Source of the DNA: Pyrinomonas sp.
GTDB lineage: Bacteria; Acidobacteriota; Blastocatellia; Pyrinomonadales; Pyrinomonadaceae
Length of the DNA stretch: 64,000 bases
NCBI RefSeq assembly: GCF_040289685.1
Contig: NZ_PSLQ01000002.1
Coordinates: 24,387-88,386 of the forward strand
Direction: 5' to 3'
Below, piece by piece: positions 19,169-28,236 of this stretch. The translations under genes and the position numbers were made by a program. Each line of letters opens with the position of its first letter. Positions within the stretch are counted from its first letter, which is position 1. The notes under the pieces are model-generated. The model made no database searches. It was not told the origin of the DNA and saw only the letters and a list, made by a program, of their open reading frames with translations.

Positions 19169-19948
19169 TTACCTTTCGCCTTCGCTTTGTAAACGCCGGA
19201 TTTCAGCCAAATCTTTGGGCGGTTCGCGCCACAGCGGAGCCTCGCGTTCGAGGTATTCGCGAATGGTGGCCGGAAGGTCGGCGTAGCGCATCGTTCGGTG
19301 ACAAACCAACTGAAAAACCCCGAGTCCGCCGCCGAAAAAGAGCGGGAGCTTCCCGAAACGATTCCAACTGAGGTGGTGCGCGCCGTTCGGTTCATACCAG
19401 AAATCGTAGTTCTCGTAAGCTTCGTAACGTGTCGGTCCATCTAAACTGAGAAAGAGCGGCGAACTGAAGACCAGTCGGTCGCCGATGCGGCGCGCTTGCG
19501 TCGCCGTTCCCGGCCCGATACGTTGGCGCCGCTGGCCCGCGCCCTGTTCGACGAAGGTCACCAGTCGCCCATTGCGCAGTTCGTAGGTGATCATCTGGTA
19601 TGGATAGGCTATCGGGCGCACGGTTTGATCGCCGGCTTTGCGCAAGATCTCGTTTGTGTGGGGGTCGCGGTAGATGAAGATCTTACGGTTGAGTTGGACC
19701 ACTTTCAGCGGATCGTTCGGGTCATGTAGAGCGCGCGCCGTGTCTATGCCCTCCATGTGCGCGATGAGTCGTCCATCGGGATAGGAATAGACTTCGCCGA
19801 CGCAGTACCAATAGACTGGCTCGCCCGTCCCGGCGCGCATCTCGATGAACTTCTTGAAAAGGTCTCGGTCGAATCCTTCGGCTCGCATTTGTGTCGTCAT
19901 CTGTGTCGCTGCCAGCAAGATCAAAGCTGTTCTCCAAAATCTGCGCAT
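19169..19948 (-). CDS. DUF1838-like protein, paralog 2 (exported)
   Basis: 259 aa, SD GGAGGAG before ATG 19948, signal peptide MRRFWRTALILLAATQ. PVYWYCVGEVYSYPDGRLIAHMEGIDTAR and RKIFIYRDPHTNEIL parallel the blocks in ORF 10843-11775. Confidence 0.6.
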   Translation of the reverse strand: MRRFWRTALILLAATQMTTQMRAEGFDRDLFKKFIEMRAGTGEPVYWYCVGEVYSYPDGRLIAHMEGIDTARALHDPNDPLKVVQLNRKIFIYRDPHTNEILRKAGDQTVRPIAYPYQMITYELRNGRLVTFVEQGAGQRRQRIGPGTATQARRIGDRLVFSSPLFLSLDGPTRYEAYENYDFWYEPNGAHHLSWNRFGKLPLFFGGGLGVFQLVCHRTMRYADLPATIREYLEREAPLWREPPKDLAEIRRLQSEGER

Positions 19949-20002
19949 CTTTTCTCCTCCGAACCGCGTCGAGGCTGTTCTCTGGGATCCCCCGATCGCG
20001 CT

Positions 20003-20302
20003 TCATTCCGGAACGACTTTGATCCACTCGCGCAAGCGGTAGTCGTAAAGTCCCTGTTCGACGAGCGGATCGTGTTCTGCCAGCCAACGCGCTTCTTCTT
20101 CCGCGGCGCAGGCCAAAACGTAGAATCCAGCGCCCAGTTCATCCACGTTCTGTTCAGCGAAAGGTCCGGCGACCAAGCACCGACCTCGGCGCCCGAGTCG
20201 CTTGAAGTAAGCCGTGTGCGCGGCAAGGATTTGGCGCGCGAAATCGTCGCTGACGGCGGAACGCTTCGGCGTCCGGTGAATGGTAACGAACCAATGGCGC
20301 AT
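20003..20302 (-). CDS. YciI-family protein
   Basis: 99 aa. Typical YciI layout (..HTAYFKRLGRRGRCLVAGPF.......GFYVLACAAEEEARWLAEHDPLVEQGL). Confidence 0.7.
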   Translation of the reverse strand: MRHWFVTIHRTPKRSAVSDDFARQILAAHTAYFKRLGRRGRCLVAGPFAEQNVDELGAGFYVLACAAEEEARWLAEHDPLVEQGLYDYRLREWIKVVPE

Positions 20303-20320
20303 CGCATCGCTCCTCGCGCG

Positions 20321-21613
20321 TCAACGCGCTACTGCCAGTGGCGCTTTGATCATCGCGGCGCGTAGCCTGTAGAGCGCATAAGCCATTAACAAAGCACCGC
20401 CCGCGGCGATGATCACGCCGTAAAAGGCCGGGGTGTAATCACCGCCGGCAGCGCTCGCCAGCCTGCCGGTAAGATAGGTTCCGGTGGCGCCGCCAATAGT
20501 TTCAATGACGATGATCGTTCCCAAGATGCGTCCGATGTCGCGTAGCCCGAACGTTTCCACTGCCAGCAGTTGAATGAGCACGAAAGTTCCGCCGTAGCCG
20601 AGTCCAAACGGGATGAGGAAGAGAAAAGCCGTTTGCGGCGTCGGGCGAAGCAGCAACAGCGTTGCGCCGAACATCAAGCTGCAGCAGACGAGCATGACGC
20701 GCGTCGGCGTCATGCGGTCGCTCAACCAACCGAAGAAGAATTTGCCTCCGACGCTCGTGATAAAAAGCGTCGCTTGCGCCACGCTCGCCATTTCGCGCGA
20801 AAGTCCGATGCGCGGCGTTTGCAGGTACAAGATGAACTGTTGGCTAGTGGTGAAGATCGGGTAGAAGAGCAGCGCCGCGCATGCGCCAAAGACCCAGAAG
20901 ATGGGCGTGCGCAACGCTTGATTGAGCGTCATGCCGGCAAGCTGTTCGGTGCGCATCGCTTCTTCGGACGCGTGCGCGTCGCCATCGGGCAAAAGTCCCA
21001 GCTCTTGTGGGTGGTCGCGCACGAAGAGCAAGATCGCCGGCAGCAGCACCATCCAGACGAGCAAGCTGACGATGAGCACAGCCGTGCGCCAACCGTAGAG
21101 CGCGATCAACGGCGTCGCGATCGCTGGGATGAGCACGCCGCCGAAACTCGTTCCCGTGATCACGATGCCCATCGCCGTTCCGCGGCGGCGACGAAACCAG
21201 TTCGAGATGAGCACCGTGTTGATCAACAGCCCAACGAAGCCGAGCGAGAGGCCGAACATAACGTGTGCCGCATAGACTTGTGCGGGCACGGTCGCTTGCG
21301 AGTAGAGCAGAAGCGCTGTGCCGAGCACGAAGCAGCCGACGCACATGAGCGGTCGCAGTTTGAAGCGTGCGACCAATATGCCAGCTACGGGTGAAAAGAG
21401 ACCAGCGGCGAGAAAGGTCAGCGATGCGGCTAGACCGATCACGCGCGGCGCCAACTGCGCCGTCACGGCGCCTTTGCTTATCAGATCATCGAGCAATGGT
21501 CGGTAAAAGACGGGGATGCCGCCGATGGAAAGGCCATTGCTGATCATCATCGCCAACGTGGAGACAGCAACGATGGTCCAGCCACGAAAGAAACTGCGCT
21601 CACCGGAGATCAT
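20321..21613 (-). CDS. MFS transporter
   Basis: ORF 20321-21706 trimmed to ATG 21613 behind GGAG. About 12 predicted TM helices, with loop motifs such as RFKLRP and NWFRRRRGTAMG between TM2 and TM3 and in the equivalent later position. Confidence 0.85.
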   Translation of the reverse strand: MISGERSFFRGWTIVAVSTLAMMISNGLSIGGIPVFYRPLLDDLISKGAVTAQLAPRVIGLAASLTFLAAGLFSPVAGILVARFKLRPLMCVGCFVLGTALLLYSQATVPAQVYAAHVMFGLSLGFVGLLINTVLISNWFRRRRGTAMGIVITGTSFGGVLIPAIATPLIALYGWRTAVLIVSLLVWMVLLPAILLFVRDHPQELGLLPDGDAHASEEAMRTEQLAGMTLNQALRTPIFWVFGACAALLFYPIFTTSQQFILYLQTPRIGLSREMASVAQATLFITSVGGKFFFGWLSDRMTPTRVMLVCCSLMFGATLLLLRPTPQTAFLFLIPFGLGYGGTFVLIQLLAVETFGLRDIGRILGTIIVIETIGGATGTYLTGRLASAAGGDYTPAFYGVIIAAGGALLMAYALYRLRAAMIKAPLAVAR

Positions 21614-21723
21614 TTTCTGCTCCAAGCCTCGAAATTTCGGGCATCGCGCAAGCTGTCGGGTCGGATTAGCACGCGATGGCGGCGCGCGCACTGCGCGAAG
21701 CGACATCTGCGCGTCTTCAACCC

Positions 21724-23217
21724 TTAATCTTTATCTTTAGTCGCGGCGTCGGCCCGCTCGACAGCCAACCTCGCTTCTTGCAACGAAGCAGGGCGCCGGA
21801 TGAATTCACCTTGCGGTTGGTCATTCACTTGCCCTTCGACGAAGACCACTTGCCCACGCACGATGGTATGCGTTGGCCATCCTTGCAACAGATAACCATC
21901 AAAAGGCGTGTGGTCTTGGGCCGACAAGCAACGCTCCACCGTCACGGGGTATTCGGCTTCCATGTCGATGATGGCGAAATCGGCGTCAGCCCCGACCGCG
22001 ATGCATCCTTTGCGCGGATGAAGGCCGAAGATGCGCGCCGGATTAGCGCTCGCCAGTTCGGCAACGCGCGTTGGCGACAACCCTCGTTTGTGGCACCCCT
22101 CGCTGACGAGCACTGGGTAGAGAAGCGATGAGCCGGCAAAACCGGGCAGGCTCCCCCAGATGTCTTCAGGCCGTTTGTGCTCTTCGCCGCAGCAGGCGTG
22201 GTCGCTGACCACCGTATCGACCAGACCGCGTTTGATCCCCTCCCACAGAAAAGCCAGATCGGATGCCGACCGCAGCGGCGGATTAACTTTGCCGCGCACG
22301 CCATCGGCTGTATCGTAGGTGAGCGTCAAGTGGTGGAGCGTCGTCTCAAGCTTGATGTCGTGCGACGGATATTGACGTTGCACCTCGATTCCGGCTTGCA
22401 GCGCTTCGCGGCTCGAAAGGTGGAGCAGATTGATCGGACAACCGGTGGCATCGGCGAGAATGGCCGCTTCGTAGATCGACAAACGTTCGGTCAGCGGCGG
22501 ACGCGCTTCGCTGTAGGCGCGCAGTCCGGTCAACCCTTCGCGGCGCACGCGCTCGATGAAGACGCGGATCAATTCGGGATTTTCACAATGGAGCGAGAGC
22601 GACACGCGCGCGCGCTGGCGATGCTTGGCCGCCATCGCGGAGACGCGCGTCATCAACTCGTAGAGGTGGCCGAGATCGTAGTTCTCCGCCATCGTGTACT
22701 CGCTGCCGTGCGTCGAATCGGCGGCAAGATTCAATCCCTTGTAGAACATGTAGAATTTGAAGGAGAGCACGCCAGCCTCTTCCACCAGCCATGCGACCTC
22801 GTCGAGTTGTTCGGCGGTCATGATGGCGATGTGGTAGGCGTAGTCAGTGTAGAAATGGCCGCGCGAAAGCTCCAGCAATTCGGGGAAGATGGTCCGGTAA
22901 GGACCAGTCTTGTTCAAATAGTGGTGTCCGGTGCGGAAGTAACTGATGATGGTGCTACAGCCGCCGACCAGCGCTGAGCGCGATTCGCTTTCGGCATCCG
23001 CCGAATGGGGCCGGTAGATGCCGACGTGAAAATGGGAGTCAACGGCAGCGGGGAAGATATACCGCCCGCGCGCATCGAGCGTTCGATCGGCAGCGGAAGA
23101 TGGGATTTCATCGGCGATGGCGGCGATGCGTCCGTGGCGCACCCCGATGTCGCAGCGGAAAGTCCCTTGGTGGGGAAAGACAACAGTGCCGCCCTTGATG
23201 AGCAGATCGTAGCGCAT
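21724..23217 (-). CDS. Dihydropyrimidinase/hydantoinase-like cyclic amidohydrolase
   Basis: ORF trimmed to ATG 23217 behind GAGAGGAGAG. 497 aa. YDLLIKGGTVV start, metal motif AAVDSHFHVG, carbamylated-Lys context SFKFYMFYK, then HCEN, HLSS and VSDHAC. Confidence 0.85.
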   Translation of the reverse strand: MRYDLLIKGGTVVFPHQGTFRCDIGVRHGRIAAIADEIPSSAADRTLDARGRYIFPAAVDSHFHVGIYRPHSADAESESRSALVGGCSTIISYFRTGHHYLNKTGPYRTIFPELLELSRGHFYTDYAYHIAIMTAEQLDEVAWLVEEAGVLSFKFYMFYKGLNLAADSTHGSEYTMAENYDLGHLYELMTRVSAMAAKHRQRARVSLSLHCENPELIRVFIERVRREGLTGLRAYSEARPPLTERLSIYEAAILADATGCPINLLHLSSREALQAGIEVQRQYPSHDIKLETTLHHLTLTYDTADGVRGKVNPPLRSASDLAFLWEGIKRGLVDTVVSDHACCGEEHKRPEDIWGSLPGFAGSSLLYPVLVSEGCHKRGLSPTRVAELASANPARIFGLHPRKGCIAVGADADFAIIDMEAEYPVTVERCLSAQDHTPFDGYLLQGWPTHTIVRGQVVFVEGQVNDQPQGEFIRRPASLQEARLAVERADAATKDKD

Positions 23218-23306
23218 TTCGCTCTCCTCTCGTGCAGCGCCCTTGTGCGCTGCATCGGTTGCCTCGGCGGTGCGCGCTCCGACTGACAGGGCGGCAGGTC
23301 CGACGC

Positions 23307-24110
23307 TCAACGAATTCGCGTCAAGTTCCTTCGCTGTTTCCTTGCCAGCACTTCCGGATCGCGCGTCAGATAGACCGAATAACTGAAAAGATCGCTCCGA
23401 TAGAGCGTGTGAACGTACTCGATGGGCCGGCCTTCGTCGGTGTAAACCGTGCGCTCGATAGAGAGCAGCGGCGCTCCGACGCGCGTCTCCAGCAAGTTCG
23501 CCACATAAGGGTCGGCCAGCTCCGCCGTGATCTGCTGCTTGGCATCGCGCAGACGCAGGCCGAATTTGGTCTCGAGCTTCTGCAAGAGCGCGCCGCTCGA
23601 TAGCTCTTCGCGCGTAAAACGCGCGCCGATCTCCGCCGGCAGGTAGCCGACGATCAAGCTAGCCGGTTTGCCTTCGCGGTAGCGAAGCCGTTTGAGACGA
23701 TAGACCGGTTCGCCCGGCTCGATCTGCAACAGCTCGGCTTCGTGCTGATCGGCCTCGACGCGGTTCATCTCAAGCAGCTTCACTTCCGTGTCCAAGCCCA
23801 TCTCGATGAGTTCATCGAGCGAACCCGTCAGATGAATCGTCCCCTCGAACGTCCGGCGGCGAGTTCGCCGCTCGGCGACAAACGTCCCCTTACCCTGCCG
23901 GCGTTCGATTAGCCCCTCTTCTGCGAGCGCCGCCAAAGCCTGACGCACCGTGATGCGACTGACTTTGTACTGTTGGATCAATTCGCTTTCGGTGGGCAGA
24001 CGATCGCCCGGCGCAAAAGCTCCGCTGATGATCTTCTCGCGAAGCAGGTTCTCCAGTTGGTAGTAGAGCGGAATGCGCGTGCTGACGAACGCTGTCTTCA
24101 GTTTCGCCAT
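23307..24110 (-). CDS. GntR-family transcriptional regulator, HutC subfamily (UTRA effector domain)
   Basis: Trimmed to ATG 24110. Winged-HTH PLYYQLENLLREKIISGAFAPGDRLPTESELIQQYKVSRITVRQALAALAEEGLIERRQGKGTFV followed by a UTRA-like C-terminal domain. Confidence 0.9.
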   Translation of the reverse strand: MAKLKTAFVSTRIPLYYQLENLLREKIISGAFAPGDRLPTESELIQQYKVSRITVRQALAALAEEGLIERRQGKGTFVAERRTRRRTFEGTIHLTGSLDELIEMGLDTEVKLLEMNRVEADQHEAELLQIEPGEPVYRLKRLRYREGKPASLIVGYLPAEIGARFTREELSSGALLQKLETKFGLRLRDAKQQITAELADPYVANLLETRVGAPLLSIERTVYTDEGRPIEYVHTLYRSDLFSYSVYLTRDPEVLARKQRRNLTRIR

Positions 24111-24155
24111 CTCTCCCCTTTGTTCGGTAAAGTGGAATCGCTTCAAAAGCGCTTA

Positions 24156-24170
24156 TAAGTATATCACTTA
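24156..24170. promoter_or_regulatory. Inverted repeat TAAGT-N5-ACTTA, candidate GntR/HutC operator
   Basis: taagtatatcactta lies about 50 nt upstream of the GntR start in a locally AT-rich patch. HutC-type regulators bind short AT-rich palindromes. Confidence 0.3.
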
Positions 24171-24394
24171 GCTCAAGAAGCGTTGCCTCTCGGATGCGCC
24201 TTTGTCCCCTTTGGCGCAAGCGATGTTCGTCTGTCAAACGGTTTGGCCACGGCGCAATCATCGATTGAATGGCCTCACTCGCCCTAGGCACGCGGTTCTG
24301 ATTGCTGCGTTGCAAGCTCGCCGTGTTTCCACTCCACACGAGTGTTTCAACCTTCTACCAAGCGCGCGGGCAAAGCGTTCTCTCATGTCAGCGC

Positions 24395-25252
24395 TCACGG
24401 CATCCACATCTCGCCGCGGCGCTTATACTCCCACGCGAACATGTTTGGGCGCCGTTTCTTCATCCTTTCGAGCGCCCGCTGATGATTCTCTTCGGGCGTG
24501 GCAAACGGATTCCAGTTGAAATGATTGTAGAGTTCGCCGTCGGTGCGACCGAAGGCGATGCAACCGTGCTCACAGGCGAATGGGCCATGCCCGATGTAGG
24601 GCGGTCGGTAGAAGTATCCGCCCGTGCCGAGATAACCGAACTGCATGATCCACGACGTGCCGTAGATGTGATAGGCCTCTTCCATGCAATCGTGGTACGA
24701 GACGTTGTCCTGCCAAAAACCGGGCACCATCGTGTAGAAGAACGAAAGCGCATGAGTCTCCTCGTCCCAACGGACGATCTTCACTAGACAGCCTTTCTCC
24801 GTCGCCGGGAAAAGGTGCGTTTCGCTCCAGACGAGATCGGAAAGGCTATCGACGATGGTCGGTTGCGCATCGGGTGCGACTGCGTCGGCGTGCGCGTCCG
24901 ATTCGACGAACGAAGGCTCGCTGTCATTGTAAAAGAGCAGCACGCGCGCGCCTTCTGGAGCTTCGATGGGCGGCAGGCTGACGCCTGCGGGAACATAAAG
25001 ATAGAAGCCGAAACCGCAGCGTCGGTCGCCCACTTTCAAGTGACCGTCCATGACGACGATCTCCATGCTGGACCGGCTAAAGCCTGGCGGTTGTGAGTAC
25101 CCGGCCGCGAACTTCGCGACCGCGGAGATGGCGCCCGTTTCATCGTCGAACGAGAGCGTGCGGTACTCTATGCCAGGAGGGAAGCCGGGCAGGTCCAACT
25201 TGCGCCACGGAACCCATGATTCATCCAACGGTTCAATATGCGGTCGTGCCAT
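24395..25252 (-). CDS. Cupin-fold (bicupin-like) protein
   Basis: 285 aa, SD GAAAGGAG 8 nt before ATG 25252. Two beta-rich halves (..MEIVVMDGHLKVGD..GFYLYVPAG.. and ..FWQDNVSYHDCMEEAYHIYG..). Family and function are tentative. Confidence 0.6.
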   Translation of the reverse strand: MARPHIEPLDESWVPWRKLDLPGFPPGIEYRTLSFDDETGAISAVAKFAAGYSQPPGFSRSSMEIVVMDGHLKVGDRRCGFGFYLYVPAGVSLPPIEAPEGARVLLFYNDSEPSFVESDAHADAVAPDAQPTIVDSLSDLVWSETHLFPATEKGCLVKIVRWDEETHALSFFYTMVPGFWQDNVSYHDCMEEAYHIYGTSWIMQFGYLGTGGYFYRPPYIGHGPFACEHGCIAFGRTDGELYNHFNWNPFATPEENHQRALERMKKRRPNMFAWEYKRRGEMWMP

Positions 25253-25364
25253 GAATCGCGCTCCTTTCTGCGGTCAAAATGGGATTGAGATGCCGCTCCG
25301 TCAACAAACGACAATTCCGTGCGCGAAGCGGCGACGCGATCGGACGGAGTGTGATGACCTTCCG

Positions 25365-25610
25365 TCACCAAACGACGCGCCACGGTCGGTCCGGGCGCTT
25401 GGGTATCTGATCGCGCGGGATGCGCCGACGCATTCCCGCATGAAAGGACCAGCCGCGCGTTTGAATGCGTTCGAAGAACTCTTCGACCCAACGATCCCGT
25501 TCCGGCGCGAGCGCTTCCATGTCCGCGACGATTCGCTTGTAGCGCTCGGCTTGCGCGCGACGTTCTTCTTCCTTCCACTGTGCGATTCGGTCACGATCTT
25601 TGCTGCTCAT
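25365..25610 (-). CDS. Small highly charged hypothetical protein (81 aa)
   Basis: ORF 25365-25694 trimmed to ATG 25610, 8 nt after AAGGAGAA and 41 nt after the stop of the upstream gene. Arg/Glu-rich helical N-half, Trp/Pro-containing C-half. Confidence 0.55.
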   Translation of the reverse strand: MSSKDRDRIAQWKEEERRAQAERYKRIVADMEALAPERDRWVEEFFERIQTRGWSFHAGMRRRIPRDQIPKRPDRPWRVVW

Positions 25611-25650
25611 TTCGCGCGTTCTCCTTTCTCGTGCGCGTCGCCGAAATCCA

Positions 25651-26499
25651 TCAAACCCAATCCTCCAGCTCGTAGACGCGCACAGCGTTTTCAAACAAGA
25701 ACTTCCTCTTGGCCGTCTCGCGAAGTTCGAGCGCTTCGATCTCGCGCATGGCGCGCTCGAAATCGACGATCGGCCAATCGGTTCCGAACAAGACCTTGTC
25801 CTGCCCGCGCCCGTTGATGAAGCGGACGAACGACGTATCCCAGTAACGCGGCGCGTGGGCGTCTGATCCGATGAAGACGTTCGGATGCTTCCAAGCGACG
25901 GAGATCATAGCTTCGGTCCACGGGTAACCGATATGTATGCCGATGATCTTCAGTTCGGGGAAATCTATGGCGATGCGGTCGAGCGCCATCGGGTGGGCCA
26001 CCGTCGGCAGGAACCGCTGCGCCGAGTGGCCCACTTGGATCTGAACGGGGACGCCGAGTTCAGCGCATTTGGCATAGAACGGGTAGTAGCTGCGGTCGTC
26101 CGGGCGACGCTTGAACCAGTGCGGGTAAAGATGGGCGCCGACGAAGCCGAATTCGCGTACGGCGCGCTCCAGCTTGCCGAGCCACGTCATGATGCGCGAT
26201 GGGTTGATGCCGATCACGCCTTTGAAGCGCTGCGGATGTCGCGTGACTACTTCGGCGATCAGCTCCGCCGGCTTTTCGAAGAAGATCGAGGAGCCGACCT
26301 CGCCGCCCGTAGTGGCGATGAGCAGCCCCTTCTCGATGCCTGCTGCATCCATGCGCCGGATCTGCTCTTCGAGCGGGATGCCCGCGTGCGTTTGTTCCTC
26401 GACCTTGACCAAACGCCAGAATTCGTCGAGCGCGGGCGTGTAGTTTTGGGTCACATCTTTGGTCCAGAGGTTAACGACGATGTCGATGACGCGATTCAT
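25651..26499 (-). CDS. Amidohydrolase_2 (ACMSD/LigI-type TIM-barrel) family protein
   Basis: 282 aa, SD GAAGGGA before ATG 26499. Family-like strand ends GAHLYPHW, VQIQVGHS, IIGIHIGYPW, LFGTDWP. The N-terminal HxH of many members reads VxN here (IDIVVNLW). Confidence 0.75.
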   Translation of the reverse strand: MNRVIDIVVNLWTKDVTQNYTPALDEFWRLVKVEEQTHAGIPLEEQIRRMDAAGIEKGLLIATTGGEVGSSIFFEKPAELIAEVVTRHPQRFKGVIGINPSRIMTWLGKLERAVREFGFVGAHLYPHWFKRRPDDRSYYPFYAKCAELGVPVQIQVGHSAQRFLPTVAHPMALDRIAIDFPELKIIGIHIGYPWTEAMISVAWKHPNVFIGSDAHAPRYWDTSFVRFINGRGQDKVLFGTDWPIVDFERAMREIEALELRETAKRKFLFENAVRVYELEDWV

Positions 26500-26512
26500 C
26501 GCGGAGTCCCTT

Positions 26513-28162
26513 CTATGCAGTTTCGTCCGGCCCTTGCGCGAAACGCTCGCGCAGCGCGCGACGCAAGATCTTGCCAGTCGGCGTGCGCGGAATCTGCTCG
26601 ACGAAGCAGATCCTCCTCGGCTTTTTGAAGCCGGCGATCTTCCCTTCGCAAAAAGCGATCAACTCTTCGGCACTCGCTTCGACGTTGGGGCGCCGAACGA
26701 TGGCCGCCGCCACGGCCTCGCCCCATTTTCTGTCGGGTAAGCCGAAGACGGCGCAATCGGCCACCGCTGGGTGTTTGTGCAGCACGCGTTCGACTTCCGA
26801 CGGATAAACGTTGAGCGCGCCCGTCACGATCATGTCGTTTTTCCGATCGACGAGATAGAAGTATCCGTCCTCGTCCATGTAAGCCATGTCGCCCGTGCGC
26901 ACCCACCCATCGCGAAGGACGGCGGCAGTCGCGCCCGGATTGTTCCAGTAGCCAACCATGTTGGCTTCGGTTCGGACGGCGATCTCGCCGATCTCGCCCG
27001 GCGGAAGCTCGCGCCAACCCTCACCGACGATGGCCACTTCGACGTTGACCTGCGCGCGCCCGCATGAACGAAGGAGCTTGACATAGCGCGGTGCGCTCAG
27101 CGCCAACCGATGTTCCATCGGTTCGAGCACCGTGCCCGCGCAGCCCGTCTCAGTAGTGGCGAAGGTTTGCCGGAAACCACAGTGCGGCAACCTCTGCATC
27201 GCTCGTCGCACAAGCGGTTCGGGCATCGGCGCCCCTCCGTAAAGCAGCGTTTGCAGGGAAGCGAGATCCGTTCGCTCGCTCGCCGGATCTTCGAGCAGGA
27301 GTTGAATCGTGGTCGGCACGAGGTTAGTGAACGTGATCTGTTCGCATTCAATCGTTCGAAGCGCTGTGGCGACATCGAAATTGATGAGCGCAATGAACGA
27401 GCCGACGTAAACGGCGCAGAAGATGCCCGCAATGCCTGCCGCGGAGTGGAGCGGCGAAGGAAGCATCACGCGGTGCGTGCGCCGACTGCCGATGGCGTGG
27501 ACATGAACGAACATGCCGATCAGTGTGCTCGCGTGCGTGTAGATCGCTCCCTTGGGAAAGCCTGTGGTCCCGCTCGTGTAAAGCAGCAGCAACGGATCAT
27601 CGGCGGCGATCGGACGCTCCAATACTGGCTCGCTCTCGTCGCCGCGTGCGACCATCGCCTCGTAATTCTCTAAATCTTTGGCTCCCGCACCGATGACGAT
27701 GATCGCACGCACGTCGCGCGCCCTGGAGGCGACGCCTCGCGCGGCATCGCTCTCTTGTGCGCCGCAAACGAGCGCACGCGCGCCCGAATCGGCGACGATC
27801 TGTTCGACCTCAGGCGGCGCGAGACGATGATTGACCGTGACAGCAACGCCCCCGAGTTTGGCTACTGCGAAGAGCGCTTCGACCCATTGATGCGAGTTGC
27901 GCCCGTAAAGAGCGACGCGGTCACCGCGGCCGATGCCGAGTCGGCGCAGTTCGTGAGCGAAGCGGTTGATGCGCGCGTTGACCTCGCGCCAAGTCAGGCG
28001 AACGTCGCCGAAGACCAAAGCTTCAGCACTGCCGAACAAGCGCGCGTTGCGCCGCACGAGGTCGCCTGCGCCGCGAAGCCCGCCGAAAAGAGACGGCTGG
28101 GGGGAGTTCGTGTGTGTCATGACTGTGATGGCTCGCATGATCCGTTGAGCGTTCGAGAGCAT
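26513..28162 (-). CDS. AMP-forming acyl-CoA synthetase/ligase
   Basis: AMP-binding motif LLYTSGTTGFPKGA, TGDMAYMDEDGYFYLVDRKNDMI, C-terminal PRTPTGKILRR. Start uncertain: ATG 28162, 28138 or 28120, none with a clear SD. Confidence 0.9.
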   Translation of the reverse strand: MLSNAQRIMRAITVMTHTNSPQPSLFGGLRGAGDLVRRNARLFGSAEALVFGDVRLTWREVNARINRFAHELRRLGIGRGDRVALYGRNSHQWVEALFAVAKLGGVAVTVNHRLAPPEVEQIVADSGARALVCGAQESDAARGVASRARDVRAIIVIGAGAKDLENYEAMVARGDESEPVLERPIAADDPLLLLYTSGTTGFPKGAIYTHASTLIGMFVHVHAIGSRRTHRVMLPSPLHSAAGIAGIFCAVYVGSFIALINFDVATALRTIECEQITFTNLVPTTIQLLLEDPASERTDLASLQTLLYGGAPMPEPLVRRAMQRLPHCGFRQTFATTETGCAGTVLEPMEHRLALSAPRYVKLLRSCGRAQVNVEVAIVGEGWRELPPGEIGEIAVRTEANMVGYWNNPGATAAVLRDGWVRTGDMAYMDEDGYFYLVDRKNDMIVTGALNVYPSEVERVLHKHPAVADCAVFGLPDRKWGEAVAAAIVRRPNVEASAEELIAFCEGKIAGFKKPRRICFVEQIPRTPTGKILRRALRERFAQGPDETA

Positions 28163-28207
28163 ACACGAAAATTCGACATAAGTCTAGTACCTTTTTTACG
28201 AAAAGAC

Positions 28208-28236
28208 TTGACACTGCGGGAAAGGAAAAGTATATT
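28208..28236 (+). promoter_or_regulatory. Near-consensus sigma70 promoter for the plus-strand hyu operon
   Basis: TTGACA (28208-28213), 17-nt spacer, TATATT (28231-28236), in the AT-rich divergent intergenic region and about 27 nt before ATG 28263. Confidence 0.45.

Noticed and set aside
20570-21394. 274-aa plus-strand ORF
   Set aside because: Antisense to the MFS transporter. Charged low-complexity translation (runs of E, R, Q, D).
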